A DNA stretch of 64,000 nt from Camelus dromedarius. Taxonomy: Eukaryota. Below the pieces are notes generated by a model. That model was not told the origin of the DNA and searched no databases. It was given only the letters and a program-made list of their open reading frames with translations. This document shows, piece by piece, positions 50,516 through 63,700 of the stretch. The stretch's first letter is position 1, and each line of letters begins with the position of its first letter. Location of the stretch: NCBI RefSeq assembly GCF_036321535.1, contig NC_087437.1, positions 11,410,001 through 11,474,000 on the forward strand, read 5' to 3'. The position numbers were made by a program, and so were the translations under genes.

Positions 50516-50999
50516 GAAGGTTTTGGACGTTATCAGGACTGACTTCGTTTGGATGAGAAGATCCTTGATTAGGAATGTAAATGTCTCACTCCCTCAAACA
50601 AAAAGACAGATGTTAACCCCTAGAATAAAATTCCAGTCCGCAGGAAAAGTAAAAGTGGGCATATGCCACACTCAGGGCTCTTGCACGGGCTGGGGAGTTG
50701 GGTCTGGAAGGCACATCCAAAAACAAAAACAAAAACAAAAACAAAAGACTACCAGTGGAGAAAATACAATAGTTAGGCTATCACATATGAGAACGCAGAC
50801 ATTGGTTGCAAACTGTTTAACAGAAAATGTGTTCGGGTCCAGGTAAGAAGTTTGAAACAAGTCAAACATCATGCAATTTAACTTCAAAAGATGAGTGGAA
50901 GTCCCAACTCAGAGACAACAGCCAAAGGGAAGCCTTTTTGCTTGTACGTAAACTGAGAAGGAGAGTCTCTGGGATGAAATTCTGCAAAATATATCTTCA

Positions 51000-51420
51000 C
51001 CTAAGTACACCCTCCATGGTCTTGGCTGCATCTCCTGCCAATGTCCTTCCACACAAGCCTTACACTCTAGCTGCACTGACAATCCTGGGGACCCAGACAG
51101 AGGCTCACCTCCACGCCTTTGCATTGTAGGTACCTGGCCTGGGATACCCTCCGTCTGCTTTCTGAAACACTCACTTGGGTTCTCACTCTTCCTGGGAAGA
51201 CTTTGCTCTTTTCAAGCACCTTTACTCTGGGCTTCAAGATCCTTGAACAGACACATGTCTCAAAGCACTCATTCCTCATGACACTAGTCTGCTCACTTGT
51301 TCTCTCCCTCACTAGACTGTGAGACGTTCAAGAGAGGGACTGTACTGAGGTCCCTCCCCATTGCTTCCTCAAAGCTCAGCATAGCTCTCGGAATAAAGTC
51401 AGTGCTCCATAATGGTTCGT
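51000..51420 (+). mobile_element. Degenerate L2
   Basis: GCCTTTGCATTG...CCTGGGAAGACTTT...CACTAGACTGTGAG...GTGCTCCATAA. Confidence 0.65.
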
Positions 51421-51744
51421 TGGGTACTTATGGAACAGGCAGACCGCCCTGTGTCTTTCGGGGCAAACTCATTGCCTGGTGCATATGGCAGCAATGTGGG
51501 GTGTCCACTGGGCACTATTGATCAGGGCTGTATCCTGGGGATACCACACAAGGGGTGAGGCTGAGGGATTTCTACATTGGACAAAGTTGGAATGATGCAC
51601 AGTTCGGCATCGTGTCTCTCAGGAAAGAGAAATAGTTAGGATTCCTGAAAAGGGTTAATAACTATAACATGGGTGGTAGATGGAGCTAAGAATTTAAAAG
51701 CTTCATCATGAACTTCAATACTTTTTATGACTCATTTGTTTTAG

Positions 51745-52430
51745 GTGAAAATGCACCTTAAAGCCACAATGAGACACCACTAGACACCCATCAGAATTAC
51801 TAAATTAAAAAGACTGACATTACCAAGTGTTGGAGAGGCTATGGAGCAACTAGAAATCTTATGTGCTGCTGGTGGTACAACCAGTCTATACAACCACTTT
51901 GGGAAGTTGTTGGGAAGTTCCTAGTAAACATGCACCTACCCTACGACCTAGCATTTCTACTCCTGGGTATTATCCAAGAGAAATACATATGCTCATCAAA
52001 ACTGGAAACAACCCAAATGCCTACCAACTCGAGAATGAATTAAAAAATTGTAGTATATTCACATAACCAATGCTACTCAGCAATAAAAAAGAATAACATA
52101 TTGATACCCAGAACAATATGTGTGAATGTCTCAATTCAGCAAAAAGTGTCAAATACAAAAGAGTGTTTATGTAATTTCATGTATAAGAAGTTGAAGTGGA
52201 ATAGGTAAAAAAATGAATCAATGCTGATGGAAATCAGAACAGTAGTAAACCCTGAGGTAAGAGTCATGTACTGATGGGGGAGCAAGGGAGGCATGAGAGA
52301 ACATTCTGGGGCGTGGAAATGATCTGTGTTCCCTTCTGAGTGGTGGTTACATGGGTGAACATCTATTTAAAAACTCATCAAGTCTACATACATTATTAGT
52401 ATATGCATTGATATCTCACTAAAAAGTTGT
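51745..52430 (+). mobile_element. Old L1M 3' region
   Basis: CACAATGAGACACCACT...ACCAAGTGTTGGAGAGG...ACTGGAAACAACCCAAATG...GGTGGTTACATGGGTG. Confidence 0.85.
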
Positions 52431-54377
52431 AAGTGGATTGACATATCGATGACAGCTCACCAGAAGCCTAGATGAATGTTAAGGGAAAAAAACACTCTGT
52501 CATTCATACGATCTCAGACAATGGATTGGATGGACCCTCTTTGGTTCAGGGAAAGAGATCATCACTGAACAAACCCTAACAAACACCTCGGCTGAACTGG
52601 AGTGGCTGTGGAACAGAGAACTGGGGTGAATTCAATTTGTTCAAACAAGGGAGAGTGAGGCTGTGTCTTTCCCAGGAGATGGTACCTGGAGCATAACTCC
52701 TTTCGGGAGACGAGTAAATGAAGAGTTCAGCTGAACTCTCTATAATGGGATTTTTGCAGCAGGGACCTTTTCTCAAACATAAACCTTCAATCATGTCATT
52801 TCCTTGGGGGAACACCGTGTGAAAGTCATTTTAAACAGAAAAGTTACAACTATCTGGAGAGTGTAAGCATGCTAAATCCCCAAAAAGGGGAAATAAAGCC
52901 TTTCTCTAAAGTCTTTTTGCAAAGATTTGCAAGGATGTGAGATGAGCCAAAAGTGGTCAACAACCTGCAGTCCTTGACACCTGCTATGTCTGCCTACCTG
53001 TCCGACCAAATAGAAATACGTGCCCCAGGAAAACTCATTTTCTCCTCATTACCAAACAGGGTCTTGGCCCCAACCCCGAGTTGAACTTGACACCATGTGG
53101 TGAACTAGAGAATTCCCACTTTTTTTTTTTTTAGCATTTCTCAACTGGGGTGTTTCAGCATTTGGGGCAGGACAGGTCCTTGGGTGCAGAGCTGTCCCTT
53201 GTACTGAAGCCCTAAAGGCATCACAGCACCCACTTCATTGTGAGGTCAACAAAATGCACAAAGGCAGTTCCTGACGAAGAAGCTGGTGTTCTGGCTGAAG
53301 ACTTAACTGGCATCTTGTTGACCTAGTCCACCCTGCATAAGTGTTCTGATTGGTGTATCGAGTGTTAAATAAAATAATAATAACAGTAATAATAATAATA
53401 AATGAGTCAACATTTGGAAAAACAGGGCATTTCACTCAAAAGTTCAAATTTCCAGTTCCTTGAGAAATGACTCATTTAAGTCACCTGCCCAGCTTTTGCT
53501 GACAGTTGAATTTGTAGCCTGGGCTTGAGGTCTGTGCTGCAGGAGGTCAAGTGGCCAGTTACTGGCTGCTTCTTCCATCTGTCCACCTGGCCTCACCAAA
53601 TGGACTGTGATGCGGGAAGCCAGCAAAGATGGTGAGAGGAAAAGCCCATGGATTGAAGGCCTAGAGCAGACTCATCTGAGCCATCCCCCCCGGGTCTCCT
53701 TCCTTCATCCCCACATTTCCAGCCCTATTTCTCCCAGGAAGACCGAGCTTAAGATCTACCTCCTGGCAAATAGAGTCAGGGAAGAAAATTCATCAGCAGA
53801 GGCAAAAAAAAATCACAATTCTATTGTCCATGAACCATGCCAAAGAGAGTGACTCTGCCCAATTTTATGCTGCCAACCCTTATGCACTGCACAGACTTAA
53901 CAGCTCAATCAGTTATGTTACTATAATAATCCAGTAGTGTGCTCTGTTTCATCCCTGCACCCTCCCAGAGCAAGCTTTAGAGCAAGTGTTCTCCATCCGG
54001 TCTTCATACCCCTAAGTAGTGTGTCCCAAAGAGTGATAGGAAAGATGAATTTAGGAGGTAGGTCTATGGATGAACAATCAAAGCAAATTAATAGTTAAAT
54101 ATTTTTTACAGATAACTTTTACTTTTGGCAAATGGCACAGTTTTTGTCTACAGAAATGATTTAAAATTTTCTTTTTAAATAATTTATGTAACCCTCAAAG
54201 GTCAACATTAAGTAAAATTATGAGATTAGTGATGGAATTATGGCAGTTTGGGTTTATTTTATGACAGGAGGTCCACGGTAGCTTCAAGGAGTTCATGAGT
54301 CCCCTGAAAGTTTATGGGGAATGTGTGCTGGTGTGAATTTTTCTGGAAGAAGACCATAGTTGTCATCAGGTTCTCCT

Positions 54378-55065
54378 AAGCCACTAGCCACATGTGGCTG
54401 TTGAGCACTTGACATGTGGCTGGTTTGAAGTGAGAAGTGCTGTCAGTGTACAATATACACAGGATTCCAAAGACTTTGCATGAAAAAGAGAATGTAAAAT
54501 ATATCAATGATTTTTAAAATTTTTATGATTTTATTTCTAAAATTGAAGTATAGTTAATTTACAATGTTGTGTTAGTTTCAGGTGTATAGCAAAGTGATTC
54601 AGTTATATATACTTTTCAGATTCTTTTCCATTATAGGTTATTACAAGATATTGAATATAGCTCCCTGTGCTATACAGTAGGACCTTGTTGTTTATCTCTT
54701 TTATATATAGTAGTGTGTATATGTTAATCTCAAGCTCCTAATTTATCCCTCCCTCCAACCTATTTTCTCCTTTGGTAACCATAAGTTTGTTTTCTATGTC
54801 TGTGTGTCTATTTCTGTTTTGTAAATAAATTCATTTGTATCATTTTTTTCAGACTCCACATATAAGTGATATCATATGATATTTGTCTTTGTGTGACTTG
54901 ATTTTTAGATTTGTTCCTTGTTGGAATGCTATTTTGGCTATTGAATTGTATAAAATGTAATATTAAAATACATTTCACTTGTTCTTCTTTTTTGGTGTGG
55001 CTACTAGAAAAATTTAAATTCCATATGTGCTTGCATGCGGGACATATTTTTAGTGGACAAAACTG
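54378..55065. mobile_element. MER33/MER3-like hAT element interrupted by an L1 3' end (~54520-54900, -)
   Basis: AGCCACTAGCCACATGTGGCT.TTGAGCACTTGA...GTGGCTACTAGAAAAATTTAAATT; L1 insert flanked by TGATTTTTA. Confidence 0.85.
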
Positions 55066-55752
55066 GGTTACAGCATAGGGGCAGGGAAAAAAATCTCAGA
55101 AGTCTATGAGAAATTACAACTATGAATATATTTTAGAGTATATTTATAAAGTAAAAAACTAGAGATGAATTTGGAGAAAAAAATGAGCTTTTATAAAATA
55201 CTGGTTTAGACAGAAACAATGATATAGGTATAAATTTCACTTTGTCCTCTTAATCACTTAGCTAGAAAAGGAAACCCATATTAGAAGCTTAAACCCTTTT
55301 ATCTTTTCAAATCAAAACCATAGTTTTCAAAGGTTCAAACAAAGGATTTTAAAAAGTTCATGGGAAAAGTAGGTAAATGAGTTAAGTATCATTTTTTACT
55401 AATCTAATCTACATGCACCAAATAACAAAGAGTTTATTGTATTTGCCTTGGGCCAGGGCCAGCTCCCACCTCTGTCTTGCGACCCCTCCTAGAGGTAATT
55501 AAAGTGTGTAAAGTCTTTTAGAGTAACTGTTGAAGCTCCTTTTTTGCCTGAAGCTCCAGGAAGGCAGCTTTCTGCTCTGGGTCTTCAGACCTTGGGGGCA
55601 TCAGAATCTGGCCTCTGCTTTTCCTTTTGAGCTGAAAGCTAGCTGCTTCAAAATACTGTTGCCCAGGAACAAAGGAATATTATTGTCAGTTTTTTCTCTT
55701 CTATCATTATTATCAAGGTTTTGATTCATCTAGAACATTCTACCGAAAGACA

Positions 55753-55878
55753 ATTTTTTTTTTGGCGGGGGAGGAGGTAATTAGGTTTATTTACTTCTAG
55801 AAGAGGTACTAGGGATTGAACTCAGTACCTTGTGCGTACTAGGCATGCACTCTACCATTTGAGCTATACCTTCCCCCT
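55753..55878 (-). mobile_element. Camelid-type tRNA-derived SINE (Vic-1-like) with TSD
   Basis: Reverse complement of SINE body; TSD GAAAGACA at 55745-55752 and 55879-55886. Confidence 0.92.
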
Positions 55879-56544
55879 GAAAGACACTTATTATAAGAGT
55901 TTGTATTTTCTGAACAAATATCAGTATAGTCTCACATTCATTTGATTACATAGTCTTGCATATAATCTATTACAGAAAAGATCAAAGCCTTTAGCTCCAT
56001 CTCTTTTTCCTAATACTCTGCCACCTTTTGCAATGCAAGCACTGTCTGTGTGCTATTTAATGGATCATTCCCAGGTACAGATATGGAACTCATCAGTGAA
56101 TTTAGCCATAAGTACATTTTTCTTATGAGCATTGCATTCATGCCCACTTGTCTCCCATTCACTCCACTTCCTACTCCCCCCAAATCTTTTAAAAGTCATG
56201 CTATTGGTGTCTAAGATTTCCACAAAATAATGCCATTCATTCGGATGAGCGTTAAGTGGCCCACAGATAAAGTTACCACTGTGTTTTCCTTAACAAGTTG
56301 CCTTGTCCCAACAAACTCAGGCCCCAGGCAACAGAAGTTCCTAAGCATAATTTTTGGATCCTGTTCTCTTTTTGTTTCCCGGGAACAGCATTTCTGCCCT
56401 TTATAACGACAACTGCTCCCCTAGCCAAGACAGGAGCTGGTAATGACTCTGTTTCGTTTTTGAATGTTCTTAGGGCAGCAGCAACAACAACCGCACAACG
56501 TGACTAGCCACGTGGGTTGCAAGAGCACTGAGGGGGGACTCAGC

Positions 56545-56700
56545 TTTCTCCCATTTTTCTGTGTGTAAGAATCCCCCGGGTATCTTGTTAAAGTGCAGAT
56601 TCCGATTTACTAGGTCTAGAGAGGACCCTGAGCCTCTTCATCTCCAACCAGCTCCCAGGTGGTCCCAGTGGGATGGACCATAACCACACTTTGAGCAGCA
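56545..56700. mobile_element. MER5A-like MITE
   Basis: AGAATCCCCCGGGTATCTTGTTAAAGTGCAGATTC...CAGCTCCCAGGTG...ACCACACTTTGAG. Confidence 0.75.
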
Positions 56701-58084
56701 AAGGAGTGCATTGCCAGGAAATCTTCCATCTCCAGGATTCAATAATCTACATGACCAGAGACCAAGAGCTGATATAAATAGGGGCAGATTCCCCTGAGGA
56801 CCTCTGCTAGATTACTCTAGAAGTCATAGTACCAGCTGTGGAAATTTATCTAACTAGGAGGATTTAGAAATTAAGTCTGAGAGTCTGCCACCAACCCACT
56901 TCGGAATCTTGTAGTGGATCAACTTACTACCTAGTAGTTCTGTCAGACGTATATTTAGCTACTTCATTCCCAGAATCTCTCTACAAACGAGCCCCTCTCC
57001 ACCCCAGCGGTACTGCTGATAATGCTGGGCGTGAAACCCATCCAAGTTTATTCAGTGACTAGTTACACAGAGTAGCTATCTTGAATCCTTATGCAAAGAA
57101 GAATTTTGCTAAATAAATATTTGCTATTCAATTTATCTGCTCTGCAAATACAAATGCTCCCATGTGAAGTTTGCTTAAAGTGGAACATATCTCTCTCATT
57201 CCATATCTGATAAGTATGAAAAAAGTAATTTATATTCACAGCAAACACAGAAATTTACGGATCCTTCCATCACATCAATTGTCTATCAATTCCAAGTAAG
57301 TACGTGTACTGCCAAGTATTTGTTGCTGATAATAAATTCCTTGGTGTAGTTAAATTCTAAAAAAATGATGAGGTAGCCTGAGTGAAAGTCAAAATGAAAC
57401 AAAAATATGATTTTTTAAATGGATGATTTTTTCCGCCTCTCTTGACTACAGGCAGATGATTTCTCGCTATATTAATTGAGTGTTTCACACAAACCATGTG
57501 CCAAACTCTGGCCAGGTGCTTACGGGGAGGGAGTAAGGAGTGAGAAGATAGATAATTCCAGCCTCTGCCCCAGCCAGGCTCGACCGAGTTGGGTGAGATA
57601 GGCATCTAACTAGGTGTCTATGACCTAATACTGCTATAAAATAGAGATATTTGCAAAATGCAATGCAGCTCTGAGTCCTAATGAAATGCGCTCTTGTATA
57701 GTCTATAGTTTTAAGGAAAAAAATTAGCATGCATGCATAGGTAACTTTTCAGCAGATTTTGGAATTTAAACTAATTTACTGCAAGAGTAGAAGGGAGTGA
57801 ATGGTCCAGGTCATGGAAGTGGAACTTGATTTCTTTTTTTTTTTTTTCGCACATTAGCAATGGGGTAAACTTTTATTTAAAGGGCCAGTGGGTCAAACAC
57901 TGTTGCTCGAATAGCTCTGGTAAATGTAAAATGTAGTGGGCTTTGTCTCACATTAAAGTCCAAGTTTGTACTGCTGCAGTGGACCAAGTTTTAAGACATC
58001 CTCAACTCTTTGTAATATTTATTCCACTTCCAAGTAAGTAAGTAATAATAACATTACTACTAAATAATAATAACTATAATTGCA

Positions 58085-58475
58085 GCTGAAGCTAACATTA
58101 ATACAGTTCCTTAATCTGCCAGACACTCACTATTCTAGGCATTTTGCATATATTAACTCATTTAATCTTTATAGCAACCCTATGAGGTACTGTCTTCATT
58201 TTATGGCTGAGAAAACAGGCAAAAGAGGGTGAAATAATTTCCTCACAGTCACACAGTAAGTACGTAGCAAAACTAGGAGCTGAACCTGTGAAACCTGGTC
58301 CTGGAGCCACTTTGCCACTCAAGGTGTGGTCCGTGACCAGCATCATGGGCACCCCAGGGCTTTGTTAGGAGCACAGAGTCTCAAACCCTGCCTAGACGTC
58401 TTGATTCGGAATCGGCACTTTTAACAAGATTCCCAGTTGACTGCATGATCATTAAAACTTGAGACAAACTACTCT
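58085..58475. mobile_element. MIR (-, ~58085-58305) followed by MER5A-like (~58315-58470)
   Basis: TTAACTCATTTAATCTTTATAGCAACCCTATGAGGTA; CTCAAGGTGTGGTCCGTGACCAGCATCA...TTTTAACAAGATTCCCAG. Confidence 0.8.
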
Positions 58476-61402
58476 AAACCACCATAATATACAGCATCTG
58501 TTGATAAGACCAACCCCCTACCATCTTCCAATTTAACATGAGCCCACATTCCGAAAGGTTTCTACCATCACTCTACCCATCTCAGTTACCTGTGGGCATC
58601 TGACCTGCCTCCGCTTCACCCCGTGGCCTGAGTCAAAAGTGGGTTCTTTCTAGAACAGATCTATTAGCACCAAATATTTCAGCTTCTTTAATGAAGATCT
58701 GAGGAGTCATAGAGAGGAGTCACTTCACTTCTGCTATCTCTCTGGCCCTCTGTCCACTGTTGTTCATTCCTTCATTCATTCCCTCTCTTTCTGCCTCTCT
58801 CTCTGTCTCTGTCTCTGTCTTCTGTCTCTATCTTCCTCCTCTCCCTGGAGTCACGGCCAACTCTCCCCTTGCCTCCAGCAACACAGTTCCACTCTCACCC
58901 AGATCCCTTGGAGATTTATCTTTTTACTTCCAAGTGCACTGGTCAGAGCATTTCCCCAGATAAACACAGCTCCCTTCCTTAGAGGAATTCTGCTATTAGT
59001 TGTTACTAGACACAATTTTCCCATCTTCTTACAGTTACTTCCGTTCTACCTCCTTTTTTAAATTGTGGAATATGATATGCATACCAAAAACTGCATATGT
59101 ATTAACTTTTTTGCCTTCAGCTTCTACACTCTTTTGAGTTTTAATGGAGAAAACAGTTGCTTTTCATTAATAGCACATTCAATAAAAATCTGAACCACAT
59201 CATTTAGTAAAATGGCCACAATTAGCAGCTCACAGATCCAGGATACAAATGAACTGAGGCCAAGCTTAAATGAGAAAAGTAAAAGTCTCTGTTGGTTGCT
59301 AAAAGGCACATACTGACTCTCTGTTTCTTACTGCCAATCATCAGAAAATCGAGTAGGTTAACGCTCTTACAATAAGTATGCTCCAAAGTTGTGCCTACCT
59401 TACTGCAAAATATGCATTGCATTATTTCTGATTAAAGGAAAAATACAAAATATACCTGATCGTATTTTGGATGAAATGGGGACGTCTAGATAAGACGAAT
59501 AAAAGGATAATTCCAGCAGCATCCTTTTCCGTCATGGTCTGTGTCTTAATCCACGCACTGTTTTTGGCTGTCTGTCTCTGATCTTCTTTCAGGCAGTAAC
59601 AAGAAGTAGCAGAAGAGAAAGAAGTCAAATGTGTAATCTATCAGGTGAATTCTGTTATTTATGAATCACTGTCATAAAAGATTTGCTCAGAGAGAAAAGT
59701 TATGCTTCTTACTAAATGGTGGTCCCTAGACTGTGCGCTCATCACAGCTCCCTCTGACCCTGTTCTCACTGCACTGATAACTGAGGGCTGGCATGACACC
59801 TGTCATATCAAATGCTTTCCCTCAAAGGAAGAAAAACAGCCCTGAAAAAAGTGACGGGCCCATCCTCCAGTGATTGCTAATGGTTTCAAAAGAGCTGAGA
59901 GCATGCTGGCTGCTGCCTTTGGATGACGGGTCTAAATCTTACTATCCTTGCTAGATTTTCCTCACTGATTAATTTCAACTTTCAGATTATGTTAGTGCAT
60001 CAGATATTTAAAGTAGAAATAAAAATGTTCAGACACGTATTAAACCATAATACAGCAACTGTCCAGAAATGAAAACACCCACTGCCTACAGCAACAACAA
60101 AAACATGAAAAAATCCGAAACCAACTATTAAATGTTGGAAATGAGTATTAAGACTCTTAAGCCTCCCGCTCCCTTTCTCCTCGTCTATAAAAGAAGTCAA
60201 ATTCTGCTTATTCTTCTGGGCCTGATTCAAATTCTAGTCCCTTCAGTAAAGATTTCATACGTCACTGCAAGCACCATCACCTCTTTCAGTCCTTCTGTTT
60301 TGAATATGTAATCTGCCCCATTCATTTTGCCAAAAACATAAATACTGAATTGCTGAAATTATTGTTTACCTTTTCCTGCATATGTATGTTGACTCCCCAG
60401 TTAATTTTAAGTGTCTTTGGGGAAGTATAACTGGCGGTACTTTTTGCACCTGCAGTTGGCATAGCATGGTGCTCTGCATGGAGAAAAGCTTAATAAATAT
60501 TTTACAATATATTTTCCCAAAGGGTGGTAGTAACTCACTATTCCACCTATTATTAACAGGAAGCACAGTCCCAAACCAGAAATTATTGTGCTTTGGTAGG
60601 ATCTCCTAACATCCCAAGAAAAAGCTGTCTAATCAATGTGGTCCTCTTAAGTGGCTGGCATTAAAGGGATTCATGACATAAATCAGCACAACACAGAAAT
60701 CAACAACTGCAAAACTTGTGTTTAAAGTAAGTGAGGTAGTTTGTACATTTTGTGAAAGAGGCGAACATTTTTTGATGAACAATTTTGTTCGTCCAAATAA
60801 ATGTTAAAGGACCTTCCTCATTCTCTGACTTCTAATGGATGCATTTAGGGATTAAGAAATTTGAATATTGCTTCCAGTTCAACGAGAAACTTGTTATAAA
60901 ACTGTTGGTAAATTCTAGGGGCAAAGGTTTAAAATATTCATTAGTAGATAATAGAATGGTCTAGTTTCCATCAAGCTGTTCTAGGTTCTCGTCACACCCT
61001 ACTGTATGAATTTAAAATAGGATTATTTAAGGTAGACTTATAAACTAATGATACAGGATTGAAATAGTTTGAAAAATAAGATGAAATTGACAGTTTTGGG
61101 GAAAATACCTAGTTGGAGCCTCATCTCACACTATATATTCTAGTGAATGCCGGACCACGTAAAGAGTTCCTTTTAAGAAAACTAAAAACTCAAGAAAATA
61201 CAGATTTGTTGGTCTCTCCACGGGGAAAATATTTAAGCATGAAAATAATGATAGCGACTGCAAAGAAAAGACTGAAATATTTATATGGATTATATTTTGA
61301 AACTCTAGGACAATAGATAAAAATATAAGGGCAGTCAATACTTATTTAACAGATATTTATTAAGTATATGCTATGTGCCAGGCATTATTCTAAGTGTTTA
61401 GG

Positions 61403-61453
<51 letters not shown>

Positions 61454-61461
61454 ATATCTAT
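61403..61461. repeat. (TCTA)n microsatellite
   Basis: Directly visible, ~13 units. Confidence 0.95.
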
Positions 61462-61559
61462 CGTTCTAAGAGACAAAAGTCTGTACATCCTTGCCATCAA
61501 GGAATTTACATTCCAGTGGATAGAAACTGACATTTAACAAAACAAATAAATTATATTAT

Positions 61560-61986
61560 GTTCCTGGAGAATGTCACTCGAAGTGAAGTACGCCAGAAAG
61601 AGAAAGAAAAATACCATATGAGATCGCTCATATGTGGAATCTAAAACAAAAACAAAAACAAAAACAAAAACAAAAACATAAATACAAAACAGAAAGAAAC
61701 TCATAGACATAGAATACAAACTTGTGGTTGCCAAGGGGGCAGGGGGTGGGAAGGGACAGAATGGGATTTCAAAATTTGTAGATACTGACAGGCATATGCA
61801 GAATAGATAAACAAGATAATACTGTAAAGCACAGGGAAATACATAAAAGATCTTATGGTAGCTCACAGTGAAAAAAAATGTGACAATTAATATATGTATG
61901 TTCATGTATAACTGAAAAATTGTGCTCTACACTGTTATTTGACACAACATTGTAAAATGACTATAACTCAATAAAAAATATTTAAA
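61560..61986 (+). mobile_element. Young 5'-truncated L1 with TSD and internal (AAAAAC)n
   Basis: Same subfamily as 23525-24031; A[A/G]ATTATATTAT at ~61548-61559 and ~61987-61998. Confidence 0.95.
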
Positions 61987-62729
61987 AGATTATATTATCT
62001 GCAGGAAGGTGGAAAGTGCTTTGGGAAAAAGAAAACTAGAACCAAGAGGGAGGATCAGAAGTGCCAAGGGTTGTGCTTGCTGGGTGGCTGAAGCATTGAA
62101 TAGGGTGGCCAGACATCACTGAAGGATAAGATTCAGATAAAGACTTGGAGGCGGTGCGGGAGTGAGCCCAGTGGATACCTTGGGGGATAGGTGAGGTGTT
62201 CCAGGCACAGGGAATAGCCACCTACTGCTAGAGTAAAGATGAAGGAAAAAGTGGAAAAATGCAACTGTGACACACGAGCCAGGAAAGAGATGATATCCTT
62301 AATAGAGAAGAGAGTTCTTGAAAATCAGTTAAAATCAGTATCTTGTAGAAAATGGGCAAATGACATGAACAGACAATCTTTGGATAACAGTCAACAGTGA
62401 AATATGTCCAATCACACAAGCAACCAGGACAATATGCATTGAAGTAACCTCACTATTGGGCAATCCAATTTGTGAGGATTAAATAATGTCTGTAAGGAGG
62501 TGATGAGCTGGCCTCGCTTCTAAATGTTAACGGAAGTGTCAAATGACACAACCTTTTCTAAGATAGTTTGGTTACATTTATCCCCAGACTTTATTCTAGA
62601 AATATTTCCTATGGAAATAATCAGATATTAAGACAAAATTTAGGTGAAGGTATATGTACAGCAGCCTTGTTTATAATGACATATATATCTAGATATCATT
62701 CAAACTGGTTTCTAGCCCAGGATATATCC

Positions 62730-63700
62730 GTGAGCATTTGATGCTTCCCAATAAATGTTCCATAAACACCTCCAACTCCCAACATCCAAACTCATTTTCT
62801 CCAGCCCCAGTACCATCCCCAAATCTCCTCCTCTTGTCTTTCAGTGAATGGTACCGATGGACATCCAACACCTAAGACACAAACCTGAGAATCATCCTTG
62901 ATGGCTTTTCTCTCACTTCCTGAATTCTATCATTCCCATGTTTTATCAATTCTCCTTTTGTATATGTATATATATTTGGTAATTTTTTTCTCAAATCCAT
63001 TCCCATAGAACTGCTTTGGTGCAGCTCTCATCAATTTACACCTTGGCTAATTAATGGCTGCTTACCTGGCCCACAAAAGCCAATCTCAACTCCATCCCAT
63101 CTGTCACATCATCGCCATAGGTCTCTTTCTAAAATATTAACCTGGATCAAATCACTTCCTTGTTTCAATTTTTAAATGGCTTCCTACTGCTGTCGGGTTA
63201 AAATCCAAACACCTGAGGCAGACTTGTGTGAGCTGACTCCTGGGCAGCAGCCCTCTTGTCCTGCCAGTCTGAATTCTTTACTCTGTCCATCACCATCTAC
63301 TTGCAAATTACATACCTCAGTTCTTTCTCTGTCTTTGTACATGCTACTTCCTCTCCTTGCGCCCCACCTCAACTTTACTGTTCCCCAGTTGACTTCTCTT
63401 CACCTTTCCAGATTCAACTGCCAAAAGACAAAACCTGGGCTTTTAGTTTTGGTCAGTCTAAGTCAGTGCATCTCAAAGTCAAGCACGCATGAGTCCTATG
63501 GAGGACTTGTTCAAGTTTCCTGGATTCTACCTCCAGAGCTTCTGATTTGGTAGGTCTGGGGTGAGGCCAGAGAACCTGCATTTTAACAAGTTCCCAGGTG
63601 ATGCTGCTCCAGGGGCCACACTTGGAGAACCACCTGTGTGGAGAAGTCTTCCTTGAGTTTGGCTGATGGCTCGCTTTTTCAGTACTTTAACAAGTGTTTG
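62730..63700 (+). mobile_element. Degenerate L2 with MER5A-like insertion (~63463-63632)
   Basis: CATCCAAACTCATT...AAACCTGAGAATCATCCTTGA; CAGTGCATCTCAAAGT...CATTTTAACAAGTTCCCAGGTGATGCTG. Confidence 0.75.

Larger units (their letters stand above)
61340..62225 (-). mobile_element. L2 3' region containing a (TCTA)n repeat and a young L1 insertion
   Basis: ATATTTATTAAGTATATGCTATGTGCCAGGCA...GGAATTTACATTCCAGTGG...TTCCAGGCACAGGGAATAGC. Confidence 0.8.

Noticed and set aside
57250..58040. Short plus-strand AG...GTAAGT segments near 57251-57295 and 57980-58033
   Set aside because: Poor pyrimidine tracts and unrecognised peptides; expected by chance in 64 kb
59915..59990. SECIS element or C/D snoRNA (GGATGACGGG...CTGATT)
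   Set aside because: No selenoprotein ORF, no RTGATGA C box and no convincing helix pairing by eye
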